Shown here: in pieces, positions 24,536 to 36,307 of the stretch | Position numbering within the stretch: position 1 is the stretch's first letter | Layout: the number at the start of each line of letters is the position of its first letter | Assembly (NCBI GenBank): GCA_965645245.1 | Contig: OZ287079.1 | Span: forward strand, 1,240,001 to 1,304,000 | Reading direction: 5' to 3' | Source of the DNA: Massalongia carnosa | Taxonomy: Eukaryota | Length of the DNA: 64,000 nt | Position numbers and translations under genes: made by a program | The notes under the pieces: generated by a model | The model's input: only the letters and a program-made list of their open reading frames with translations | Told to the model about the DNA's origin: nothing | Database searches by the model: none

Positions 24536-27500
24536 ATGGAGGCTGAGCACGTTATACTGAATCATTATAATCTAGTGGCTCCATACCCTACATCATGGCC
24601 TGCCCAGAATGATGATAGTGATTCTTCAAATGACGGCCTATCTACCAAGGCGTCGAAGAAAACGCGATCTAGATCGATATATTCTGCTCTTGAACGCTGC
24701 GGAAGCGATCGACGAAGTTTCGTGCCGGGCTCCGAGAAAAGTGGAGATGGAGTGGAGAATTTGGTTCAGAAAGATGAAGCAGATCCTTTAGGCAGCGTTG
24801 ACAGCGTTGTACGGGTTTTGAGACAAAATGGCATCGCAGTGGAAGAAGATCAACGTCTACGTGAGATCACAGCGAGTTGCCACACGCACAGCGTAGCTCA
24901 CGTTGATCTCTTGCAGGCAATCGCTTTCTTTTATCTTCAACCACCTTCTCACCAAACCTCTACCTATCTCAAGTTCACTCAAATGCTTCTACACAATCTC
25001 TTTTGCAAGGACTGGAATTTCTGTCACGATCAATTGACCAGAAATCCGCCTCGCTGAAGGTCCTGGTGGAATCGAATTTTGAACGATTCGTGCGCGCAAA
25101 GACGACAATCGACAATGTTTATGCAGAAATGCGCAACCAAGGAGCCGACACCATCGCCGAGCATCCCCGAACGCACTCACGGGTTACTAGCAAGAGCGGC
25201 GCTTATTTCAGAAATGCGAGTGGTCAAGCACCGTTGACCCCTGATAAGGGGATCCATAAACCTTTGCCTAGTGACAAGAAAAAGAATGCCCTAACTAAGG
25301 AAAGCGAATATGGAGTCCAGGGCATTAAAGCCCCTTTGATAGAGCTCGCAGTAAAGGCTGAGGAGATATGGGGTCCCGCTTTAGGAGGTCGGGAGAAAGA
25401 AGGAATTTTGAAAATGGCGATGGATTCGCTAGACAAAACTCGAGGCATCTTTGACACGATCAACACCATCAAGGAGAGTATTAAACGAAAAGACTATGGA
25501 GGCGTAGTAGAGGGGTATACCGGTGCCAGAAAGTATGCAGAAGAGGCTCGGGAAGTGGCGAATACTGCACTGAAACGTCAGGTGCCACTAACTGAGCCGC
25601 AAATAAATTTGATCGTCATTACCGCGCGCATGTGGGCCGAAGTGGAAGATAATGTTGAAGATTTCAAGCGTGGTGTTTGGCGTAAGTTGACGAATATGCA
25701 ATTTACCTCGAAAGCAATGAGAAGAGGTAGCCAATACGAGGTACATCTGGCTATGATAAGAATACTGTTAGAGCTAGGGGTCGAAGACAATCCTATTTGG
25801 GTCTGGCTTCTCAGTCGCTATGACTATTTGAAAAAAAAAATCAATGCCTCTTTTCAACGGTCAAGGGTCGAGATCGAGGTTGTGCGAAGACATCTAGCAA
25901 ATGGAGAGAAACCTACCTCTTTCGTTATCGCTTCCCATCTCAAGAACTCCGCTCATCAACGACCAGATGGAGAAAGTAAAGATTTAGATTCTGCGCCAGT
26001 GCTGGAACTCTGGGACTTAATACTAAGTTCATTCAACAATCTCCTATCAGCACAAGGTGGCATACTTAGAGAGGTCATTGAATTTTGGGACACCGCTCAA
26101 TCATTCATTGATGGAAAGGTCCAAAAAACATTACCAGTAGGAATCGATGGACGTAGTCGCATACACCATCGCCTACCTCCCCATGATATCAAGCACTTAC
26201 AAAATGGGGTAGTGGAACTTGTGGAGCTTTTCCAAGAAAATATTCAATCTTTCTTCTCAGATGCCCCAATCGAGGATATATCCATGTTGTATTCCCCTCT
26301 ATCCCCTACAACGCCAAATACCCCAAATGTGTCTTTCCTATCGGGTTTTGGGCACCAAGATAGTCAGTTTAAGTTCGACGCCAACAATCCTCCTCCACCA
26401 TCCACCAGACGAGGTGAGGTATGGGAAGAATTTGCTTTCTGGCCTCCCAATGCGAATTCTCTTAGCGGAGCCTACTTCTTGGGCAAGCTTCTCGCTCTAC
26501 TCGGTGCAGCTGCTAGCGAAATGCTTGGATTACGTGCAGTGGCTTTGGAAGCCAATTTGGCAGAGAAACTGAGGTCATTGATTGCTGGCGCCCGGGAGAG
26601 ATCCACGCGAGCAGTTTGTGCTGCATGGAACAGAGATGCAGAAGCGTTTAAGATGCTAGAAGATTGGGCACGTGCTTCAGAGAGGCGCGATCTAACGACG
26701 ATGCCGAATTATTTCAGCGCTTTTGAGGCCACGATTCTCAGCGGCATGCAGAAGATTCTATACATTCCTGAAGGCGGCATGACCAGACATGGGTCTAATA
26801 CAGTTCTTTCTCCACCGCCCACTAAATTATTGCAAGCGGTTAGGAGTCAGTTCGTGATGACTCTCTACAATGCTCTCTCGGGGATGGTAGAGAATGCAGA
26901 GAGGCCTATTAGTCGCAGCGGTCCTGATAAGGATACCGAACTTGAGCATTTAGAGGAACCTGTTCCTGACGTCGGCAAACTGGTAGATGTAGAGGATCTT
27001 GGCAGCGATAGAAGTCGGGTAAGAGGTAATTGTCTTCCAAAGCGATATAGCTGCTGAACTACAAGCAGAACATCCGAATGTTGCTCACACTGAGCAACCT
27101 CAAAGCCCTCCAAGCGGAGATCGTACCCCAGCTCATCAACCAGTTCGAAATGAATTTCTCCGTCAAACTCACGGAAGAATCCAAGAGCATTCGGGACGAT
27201 CTGGGGCAGATTGATACCAAACTCTTCTTGTCCTATACGCGCCCAATAATGGAGCAACTCTCGTCCATAATTCACGGCGGTATCTCGCATCCAAGCTGGG
27301 TTCCCAACACCAGCCGCCCACAGCAAGTGCGGCCGTACGTGTACAAGGTGCTGTTACTGCTTGTCTACGTCCACACCGAGGTCTCGACCACAACCGCACC
27401 GTTAACGATGCAGATACTCTCATACCTGTTCGAGCAAATGTCCCTCTCGTTCTTGGAAGCGTTCAAGGCCCGGGAAAAGTACTCCTTGCCCGCGCTCATG

Positions 27501-27740
27501 CAGGCGATGTTGGATGTGGAATTCGTTGCGCACACCATGAGTCAATACACCACGGAACGCGCGAGCAAGACGCAGGACGACATTTATGTGGAGCTGGATC
27601 GCTGCACGGACAACGACGCACGAATCAAGTCGCGGGACGAGCTGCTGGAGATTGGGGCCATCCTCAAGAAATTGAGGGAAGGGACCCGAAACGAGTTTGC
27701 GTGCTTTAAGAAACAGCGCAGCCAGCAGAAGGAGCGGTAA
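24536..27740 (+). CDS. SEC5: Exocyst subunit Sec5
   Basis: Three exons. Motifs NRFLLSSTTFSP, SIDQKSASLKVLVESNFERFVRAK, LLELGVEDNPIWVWL, MLLTLSNL. Confidence 0.88.
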
Positions 27741-29037
27741 GACCTAGTCCGAAATGTATTTTGGGGAGGGGGGTTTATGTATAAGTAGCTTTTCTAATTG
27801 GACGTCAGTATATTTATTAGCAGCTTAGATAATAACATTTGATCGTTAGTCCAAATCTTTCATCCTCTGCACAATTTTCTCCCTTTTCCAAATCACCCAG
27901 GCTTTTTCCTCTCTATTCAGTTGCGGGTTTACTTTAAATAGATGGCCTTTAGACACAAAGGATTTGAGCATCCAAACTTCAACGATATATATGAGCTATG
28001 TAACTACCTACCTAACACCCACGGAAGCCAGAAACAACCCCCCCCCCGAAATCGTCATCGTCATCATGTTCCGTTTCGGTCTTTCAATCCTCCAAACCTC
28101 GCCTAGGTAGGTAGGCAATCAGAACTCGAGCAGGAACTTCTCCAAATTCATTGTCCGGCCAGCCGCTACGCTATTCACGCTACGTATCTATGTATCTATC
28201 TCCAGCCAGCAACAGCACAGAGAGAGAGAGAGAGAGAGAGAGGTAAGATTTCCTCGTAGAAGCAAATACGGAAAAAGCCAGGGGAGGCTAGGCGTGGTGC
28301 ATCTTGCCGTATTGCACAGGCAGGAACGAGCTACCCTTGCGGAATGGACCCGACGGGTTTGGGGGTGCTGGGAAGAGCAGAGTTCATTTCTCGGTGGGTC
28401 GAAGAATTGATGGTGTTTTTCACACCCCATTTTCCTACGCGTTCGCTTGGGTTGGGTTGGGTTAGGTTCAGATGTAATGTCACAATCACCCAATGCTCAA
28501 TGAAATAATGCCCGAGCATTGTATCTAGGAAGAAAAGAAAGGGCGAGAAGCAGGCACAGACAGGAAGTTGGCATGGGCGGCTACTGAACAAGCAGTGGGA
28601 GAATGGAAGTCTCATGTGGAAGTGTTAGAATTTGGTAAGGAGATATTTAGTTAGCTGTTCTCCTCCAGTTATAGTTCCCGAAGCTCGGCAAGGCAGAAAT
28701 CAACATGCTGGAGATACCCTCTCCTTAATCTCAAAAAGAACCTGCCGTCATACTCCTTGTGCAAAAGCTTATGAATATGTTTCTTGTGCTTGAAGGTAAA
28801 AAACGTCGAAATGCTCTTCCACATCAAGAATTTCTGGACCAAATAAAATCAGTGACAGCGCGGGGTATCTTATTGCGACAGCTGGATTTGTAGGATATAC
28901 GGTGAAGCCTAACAAAACCATTGTCGTCTACTGCGGTAGGGTATCCAAATTTCAAGGTTATGTCCAAATTATATAGATGTGCTACATCTCTTTAGAAAAA
29001 TATCCCCTGTTAGACGAGGTTGATGATCAAGGCGCAG

Positions 29038-30670
29038 CTAAAATTGATGTTGACCGACATGATCGTCATCTTCGCTGCTGCTCGCATGATCAGGCATTTC
29101 GTCCAGAAGTCTGTCGATGTCGGCTCCATTGACTATACATTCTGCCCTTGGAAAATCCCTCGGACTTCGGAACGCTTCACCAGGGCGTCGATCGTCTTCG
29201 CTTTCATGAACACCTCTGGAGGCATCAGCGAAACCAACCCGCTTCTCCTGCGAAGTAAAGATAGCCCTTAATGAGGTAACGGCAGATCTTGCCTGGGGTT
29301 GCTGCCCTGAATTTCCCGGACTCGACATGAACAGCAGTGTTTCCACGGCGTCTTGCTCCATGGCTGCCTTTTGGCTTGGCGTTCTTAAAGCAGACAATCT
29401 TTTGGGTGGCGTTGCCTGCTCCCCCATCAAGCTGGAATCGAAGCTTGTGCCCCCTCCGTGATTATATATATTGTGGCTGCGGGTGTCAAGCAATGGAGGC
29501 TTTGCCTTTGGTGAGCCTGAATTCCGATGATTGCGGGGCACTATATCAACGGGAGGTGCTAGGGAAGGACCTGCATAGGGCGGGCTTGGTTTGTGCGCAT
29601 CTCTTAAAGATATACCTGTGGAATGCTCGCGCCAGAATGACTCATACGTAGAGGTAGTCTTTGCGATTGATGTAGGGTGGCCTGAACTAAATGATGGGTA
29701 ATCTATAGAAGAAGCTTCGTTGTGTACATGTGACATCGGTAACAGATTCTCTGGTGCAGCGATCATGCGCTCATAAGGCTGCGCAAACTTGATAGAATCA
29801 TTTTGCGTATCTATCAAAGTAGATCGGGGGGACTCAATGGATCGCCTCGTATCAGAGACTGTAGAAATAGGGGAGCCTTGTTGTGAAAGGCTCTCGAGTT
29901 CTTCGAAGCTGTGTCCCTGCCAGCCATTTTGAACCTTGATCATAGCGTATGAGAGCCGGGTGCGAAGCTGGCTTGAAAGCTAAGCAACCAGCATTAGTGT
30001 CATGATGGATCATCTGCAGACCGGTGGAAAGCTTGCCTCGCCGATATGGCTACCTCGGGAAGAAGTACTGATATTTCGGCTATGCCGTTCTGGCGCTACT
30101 TGAGTTCCTGGAAGGGTTTGTTCTACATGCTTGACTTCTCCATTTGCTAAACGTTTGTTGGGGATTTTGCGCTCGTTTGGCTCAGCCCGGGAAGGAAGAG
30201 TCGGCTGTTGTGAACAACTTCCCTCTAAGACGAGCAGCCCAGTCCCACGAGTAGAGTAGCTAGTAGCTCCTGCTGGCGACTCCCGAACATTTTGGCCATC
30301 TTCAACTGTAGGGTCCTGACTGGAAAGGGTGGAAATCGAGGTGGACGGTGTAGACTCACTTTGGGGATTGACTTGCGAGAACCGAATGATCTCAGGCGAA
30401 AGCGGGGGTTGTTGTGAGCTCTGGCTGGCAATAGACTCGTCAAACGAAGACGACTGAGAATTGGCGATGGAAACCGCATCCAAAAGAGGGACGTGACTTG
30501 TCGGCGCCTGTACGGCGAGTGGCGATTTGTGCCCTAGGTTGATATCAGATGCTGTAGATTTCCACCTTTGGCGAGAAAGATCTGGGACTCCACTGACCCT
30601 GCTGGTAGGAAGACGTAGACGTGAACATGGCAATGTAAAGGGATGATTTTTCCTCGCCTTACATCCGCAT
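29038..30670 (-). CDS. Whi5/Nrm1-family G1/S transcription regulator (start uncertain)
   Basis: Splicing 29980-30036 joins HIGE to LSSQLRTRLSYAMIKVQNGW (Whi5-type motif). Also EQDAVETLLFMSSP; Ser/Pro-rich. The start at 30670 assumes a short first exon. Confidence 0.7.
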
Positions 30671-31494
30671 AGTTCGAAGCGCTCATAAATGGTGGCTGGC
30701 CCTCCGCCTCAACGCGCCCCGCGTGCTGCCGGTATTAAGTCTAGACGTTGCGATACTCTATACAGAAAAGGAATTAGCATTTTCCACTACAAGGTGGTAC
30801 CACAACAGAGTACTCAAAAATTAATATACATGCGGAGTATGAGAATTACCTAGTATGGTGAGCGATCGATGGTTTTGTCTAGTTCTCTCTGTGAGGAACA
30901 TGATATGCGTCCCAAACACTTTATTTTCGTGTTGCGGGGCGCGCACTCAAAGACCGAATAAATCACGTGTCCGCTTTGTCACCTCCTTTTGCGTAACGAA
31001 GTTCCGATACAGAGTATAGAGCAGAGTATAGAACACCATATTGACAAACAAGCCCCTGATTTCACAGGAGAATGAGCAGGACGATGATAAATGTGAAAGG
31101 GATTTGACCAGACCGAGAGGTTTTTTGATAGAAATGTATAGAGTATACAGAATCAAAATTTAATCCAAACCGAAAACCAAAAAACGCATATTTTATAGAT
31201 GGACCCCTTAGTTCTGAAATACCTAAACAAATCAAAAAGGGTCTTACGTGCGAGAAAGGTTTTATACCAAGGCAGGGGTTCACCTGTCAGTTAATACAGT
31301 AAACATGTAGAGTAGGCAGGGAAAATATCATTGATGTACAAAGTACAGAGTACCTATACTCTTTATCGATTACGAGTCCATGTACAGACTATCCCGATCT
31401 TCATCCTGCTCATGATTTCAGCAAAGTATAAACTGAATTGCTATACATAAAGATGCCACGAAACGCCGCGCTGAGGGAGTATGGAACCCTTGAA

Positions 31495-33789
31495 TTAATC
31501 ATCGTCACCTGCATTTGCCTTCCAAACGTGACCCTCATCTAAAGCTCCATAGTTAGACGTTGTTTCTTTGCAAAGGCTGTCTTGCTGGTTGCGGGTTTCC
31601 AATCCATGAGCTTCGCTAGGCTTACTCCCGTTGCCAGCGTGACTTTGCTCATCGTCATCATCCATAATAGCAAAATCCGAGCTTTGAGATTGAGAGATCT
31701 GGCCAGGTTCGAAACCGGTGCGGATGATCTCTCCTTCATCCTCATCGCCATATGTTCTCCTGCAATAACATTAAGTTGTGTAGACAGAACATCGGAATTC
31801 ATTGCGCAGCTTACACAAACTGTCTAACTTCATCCTGGTTCCACGCAGATCCACCTTCTTTGCGGGCTCGAACACGCTCTCGCTCTTCCGCTTCGGTATC
31901 TTCGATCACCAAGTCTACCAGTTGGCTCCTACCTGATTTTACAGAATGCGACGACACTGAATCTTCGCGCAACATTTCACTTAATACGGGAGCTCGTAAC
32001 CTTGATGTCGAATCATGCCCGCCGTTCCGGTGCTTACCTTTATCCAGAGTCTTTTGAACGTTGCTAGCTTGTCTCTTGTTGGCCTTGGTAGGTTGCAGGA
32101 GGTTTCTGTTGGTTGATGTAGTTATGAGATCAGGATCAGAGCCACGCCATCGATCTGCAGGTGGAACATGAGCAGTAATTACGGGATACTTTACCACCTA
32201 ATTCTTAGTAACATATAAAATAGCTCGAGGAAAGGTAAACTTGCGTTCCAGTCTCCAAATTCCAACACTCTTGCACTCTCAAACAGCCTTTCATCCTCTG
32301 CATCAAGATTCGCTTCCTCAGCATCGTCGATGCCTTCATCTCTACTTAGCCCTCTTCTGGCATTGGAGCCATCCGAACTCGTGGCTTCCATTGGCCTCGC
32401 GTTTGCCCCTAGAAGAGGTGTTTTGCTGGTGATTTCCCCAGGTTTTGGGATCCAGTACTTTCCCTTCCCACCCCGTTCGTATCTCATTCCTTCCATCATA
32501 CGGGCAACTCGTGAATCTGATTCTTCGTGGGCCAAAACGTTGTCTCCGGTATCAAAAATTCTGTACTCATAGTTCTTGCCGCCAAAAGTCTCTTTCGTGT
32601 CCTCAATCAGATCCCGAATACCGAATGCATCCCGCAGAGCGTACTTGACAGGCATGCGGGCAGCTGATATGGTTACATCTGCATAGTCATGCCAGGAGAA
32701 AGCATACCAATGAGCAATTGCAAAAATAGGCATTTCAAAACATATGAGAGCATCTTGAATAGCAGCAGCAAGATTGTCTGTTGTATATCCTGGTACATTA
32801 TTTGGTATTGCTCCGAGCCATTGTAAGATGGATAAAAAGAATCCCTGCCAATATGAGGCAAAAATGATTAGCTTGATGCAGAGAAATTTTGGAACAGGCC
32901 TGAATGGTTTAAGGTCTTGTGACATGCAGACCCAGAACATGGCGAGCGAGTATAGGCTGATTGTAACACTGAGATTGTATATAATGCCGCTCCACAAGTA
33001 GCCAGAAGTCAAACCGATATAACCTTCGTGATAAGTACCGGATGATTTCATGATAATTGTAGCTACACCAAGCACTGGTTTTAGCCAGGCATACTGCAAA
33101 ATCCCACGCTTGATAGAAAGAAACGTATGGGGGTCGGAGATGTCCACTTTAGCAAACACCTGGGCAAGTGGCCAAGGATGATGTACAGGCTGCCGGCCAT
33201 GCATCATGATGATCAACGATCGTTCACCGCCAATAAAGTTAATGAGTAACTGAAAGAAGGTATATATAGTGAAGGCCTACGAGGATTCATAATTGTTAGC
33301 TTGTCATCCAACCAACTAAGGATACCTTGTGCTACTTGCCTCGTAGATGTCACGTATGGGGTCCAGGTAGAAAGCAGCTTTTAGGGACATGATGCTGGCC
33401 CATGAGGAAGCTGAGTAGATGGGGACCCTGATAAATTATTAACGGCCAATTTATATATACTTCTGGTCATACATCAGCAAAATCCTGATTACATATCGTT
33501 GGAGTAGCGGTTTGCGATAGTTTTTGCTATTGCTGTAATAAGCCCATCGACCACCTTTAACCCTACGGAACTCCACTCACGTCTGAAGCCATATCGATCT
33601 GGCGTGGAAATTTTGTTAGCTAAGAAGCCTAGTCTAAAATATGAAAAATATCCCTATTCCAAGAGACACCGCTGGCAAGACGAACAAGAAGGATAACAAC
33701 GAGGCTATCAATGATGCTACACCACAAACAACAACAGTGGCCTTCGTAAGTTTTGATCCTGTACCACCACCAGATACTTCATCTGGCAT
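31495..33789 (-). CDS. TMEM184/OST-alpha (DUF300, Hfl1-like) membrane protein
   Basis: ATG 33789. Exons spell KNYRKPLLQRYVIRILLMVPIYS, IRDIYEAFTIY, KRGILQYAWLKP, PKFLCIKLIIFASYWQG, ICFEMPIFA. TAA at 31495-31497. Confidence 0.88.
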
Positions 33790-34305
33790 ATCTAGTACTG
33801 GGCGCAGAACACTCGAAAATCGGCCTGATCAGGATTCGGTCTTAATGTGGTTTTAGGATGTTGCTTGAGAGACCTGAAGCAACATCAACGATATGAGGGT
33901 AAAAAAGCTTGAGCGAGTGGACGATTAACCTTTGAATACTTAACAAATGCAACCCGCTAAGTTACGATTGATTTCAAGTTTGTTTTAGCGTGTTTGGAGA
34001 AGTAACTGTAGGATAATTACGGAGTTACCTATGCCTCTGTATTGTACCGTTTACAAGTGCTCTGTATCTTAATGTATTATTATTTCCATTGTACCTACCT
34101 AAAATACTACCGAGTACCTCCCCGGCACGAACGCTTCCTTCTTAAACATGCTGGATAAGGTACCTATTGCGGAACAGGTTAAGGAATACACCTGCGCTGC
34201 TGTAAAGTACTGAAGCTCCAATCTCGAAGACAATTAAGATGTACGGTTATGATGTATTCATCTTTGTTGGTACTTGTCTTGACTGTGGTCAACTAATTCG
34301 AGCTA

Positions 34306-36239
34306 ATCGTGCCAAAACACTAAACCCCAACCGAGTCAGGGTCTAGTGCCCGACGGTCTACTGACGCATACAGTCTACTGACGCACTTTTCCCATTTTCA
34401 CTACCATTTTCACCACGTCTTTCATCTACCACCACCATGCCTAACTCATATTCTAATAAGGAGGATCAAATTGTCGATGCTATAAACGCGTGGAACGCGG
34501 GTGAATTTCGAAGTATACGCGCAGTAGCCATTGATTTCGATGTCGACATTCGTACGCTTCAAAGACGACTTGCTGGAGGGGGTTCGCGCATCGGTCGATC
34601 TGGCCCCAACAAGGCCTTATCTGATGAACAAGAATTGGCCCTTTGTGAATATATTGTGATGCTCGATCAAGCCGAACAATCAGCCAGGTTTTCAATGGTT
34701 CGGGGGGCTGCTAATTATCTACTTCGAGAAGCTCATTTAGACGCCTCCATCCCCCCCCCTCACGTCAGCGAGACCTGGACCAAACGTTTCCTCAATCGTC
34801 ATCCTCAATTTTTCAAGCGAAAACAAAAACCTCTGGCCGCTGAGCGAAAACACGCGCACGATGCAAAGGACATGCTCGAGTATTTTGAAGCATATCGAAC
34901 TGCGCGAAAGACGCGGGGAATAGCGGACGAGGACGTTTGGAACATGGATGAAACGGGCTTTCGAATTGGCTGTGGCAGGGCTCATTGGGTTATATCAACT
35001 CACTCCAGAAAGCCCTTGCTATTGACAGATCCAGATAATAGAGAATATGTTACCTCGTGTGAGTGTATTAGTGCTGGGGGGCGAAACATTCCCCCCATGG
35101 TGATTATCGCGGGGGCTTTGATTCTCGAAAAGTGGACACAACAAAACGATCTGAATGACGATGTTTTGTTGACTACTAGTCCTACCGGCTATTCAATGAT
35201 GATTTGGCTATTGATTGGTTGAAACATTTCGATAAACACAGTCGAAAGGGTCAGGTAGGGGCCTGGCGTATGTTGATCATGGACGGGTATGGATCTCATA
35301 TGACATATGAGTTTTTTACATATGCCAAACGAAATCACATTGAATTGTTTCGTTTGCCTCCTCATTCAACACATCTCACTCAGCCATTGGATGTAGGATG
35401 TTTTCAGCCGTTCAAACATTATCATTCCGAAGGCATTGACGAAATGGTGCGACTCGGAGGGGCAGATTTCGACAAACTGGATTTTTTGTCCATTTTTCAG
35501 CGCATGCGAAATCAAACATTCACCTCATCTACCATATTATCGTCATTCAGAAACACGGGTCTGGTGCCTTATAACCCCAATGTGGTAATTCGAAAGCTGG
35601 AGGCAATTCAAACTCGGAGACCTGCTACCCCGCCCCCACCTTTGTCAGCCCCTCTGCTCGCCAGAACGCCCCGTACGACTAAAGAGGTGGTTGAATATGG
35701 CTTACACCTTCGAATGAGTTTGAAGAAATACAACGTGCTGGACAATGAATGGGATTGTCATGTGAATCGATTTGTGAAGGGCTCTATTTCCAATGCGCAT
35801 GCACGTCAGATTATTGAGCGGGACCTTCGAGCCAGTCAACAACAGTCCATCGCGAAGGCGGCCCGTAGAAAATTGGATGGAAAGGTCGCCCAGAAGGGAG
35901 GGGTCATAACTGTAGGAGATGTACGGGCCAAAACCTCGAAACGTTGTCAGAACGAGGTGGAAAAGACCAGACTGGCCTATGAACGTGCTACACTAGCTGC
36001 TGAAAAGAAGCAGATTGCCCTGGACAAAAGGTATAAAAGAATCGCCAGATCGATGCCCAGACAAGCGAAGCTATTTTACCAGCGTCATAATCAATCAGTT
36101 TCTGCATAACCGTTGTTGTCCTTGATTTGTAGCAGAAATGGTAGTGAAAATGGGAAAAGTGCGTCAGTAGACTGTATGCGTCAGTAGACCGTCGGGCACT
36201 AGACCCTGACTCGGTTGGGGTTTAGTGTTTTGGCACGAT
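34306..36239 (+). mobile_element. Complete Fot1/pogo-family Tc1-mariner DNA transposon (1934 bp)
   Basis: Perfect 104-bp TIRs (34306-34409 and 36136-36239), TA on both flanks (34304-34305, 36240-36241), internal transposase. Confidence 0.95.
34437..36109 (+). pseudogene. Pogo/Fot1 DDE transposase with one frameshift
   Basis: N-terminal HTH/CENP-B-like region, then WNMDETGF, LIMDGYGSH and QPLDVGCF. One added base at ~35195 (TCAATGAT to TCAAATGAT, giving GYSNDDLA) fuses ORFs 34437-35222 and 35204-36109. Confidence 0.88.
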
Positions 36240-36307
36240 TATTATCTAAAGCTGAAGTGGACTTGTATTTTCTGTGGGGCCAGTGAACACCATATGGACG
36301 TAACTCA

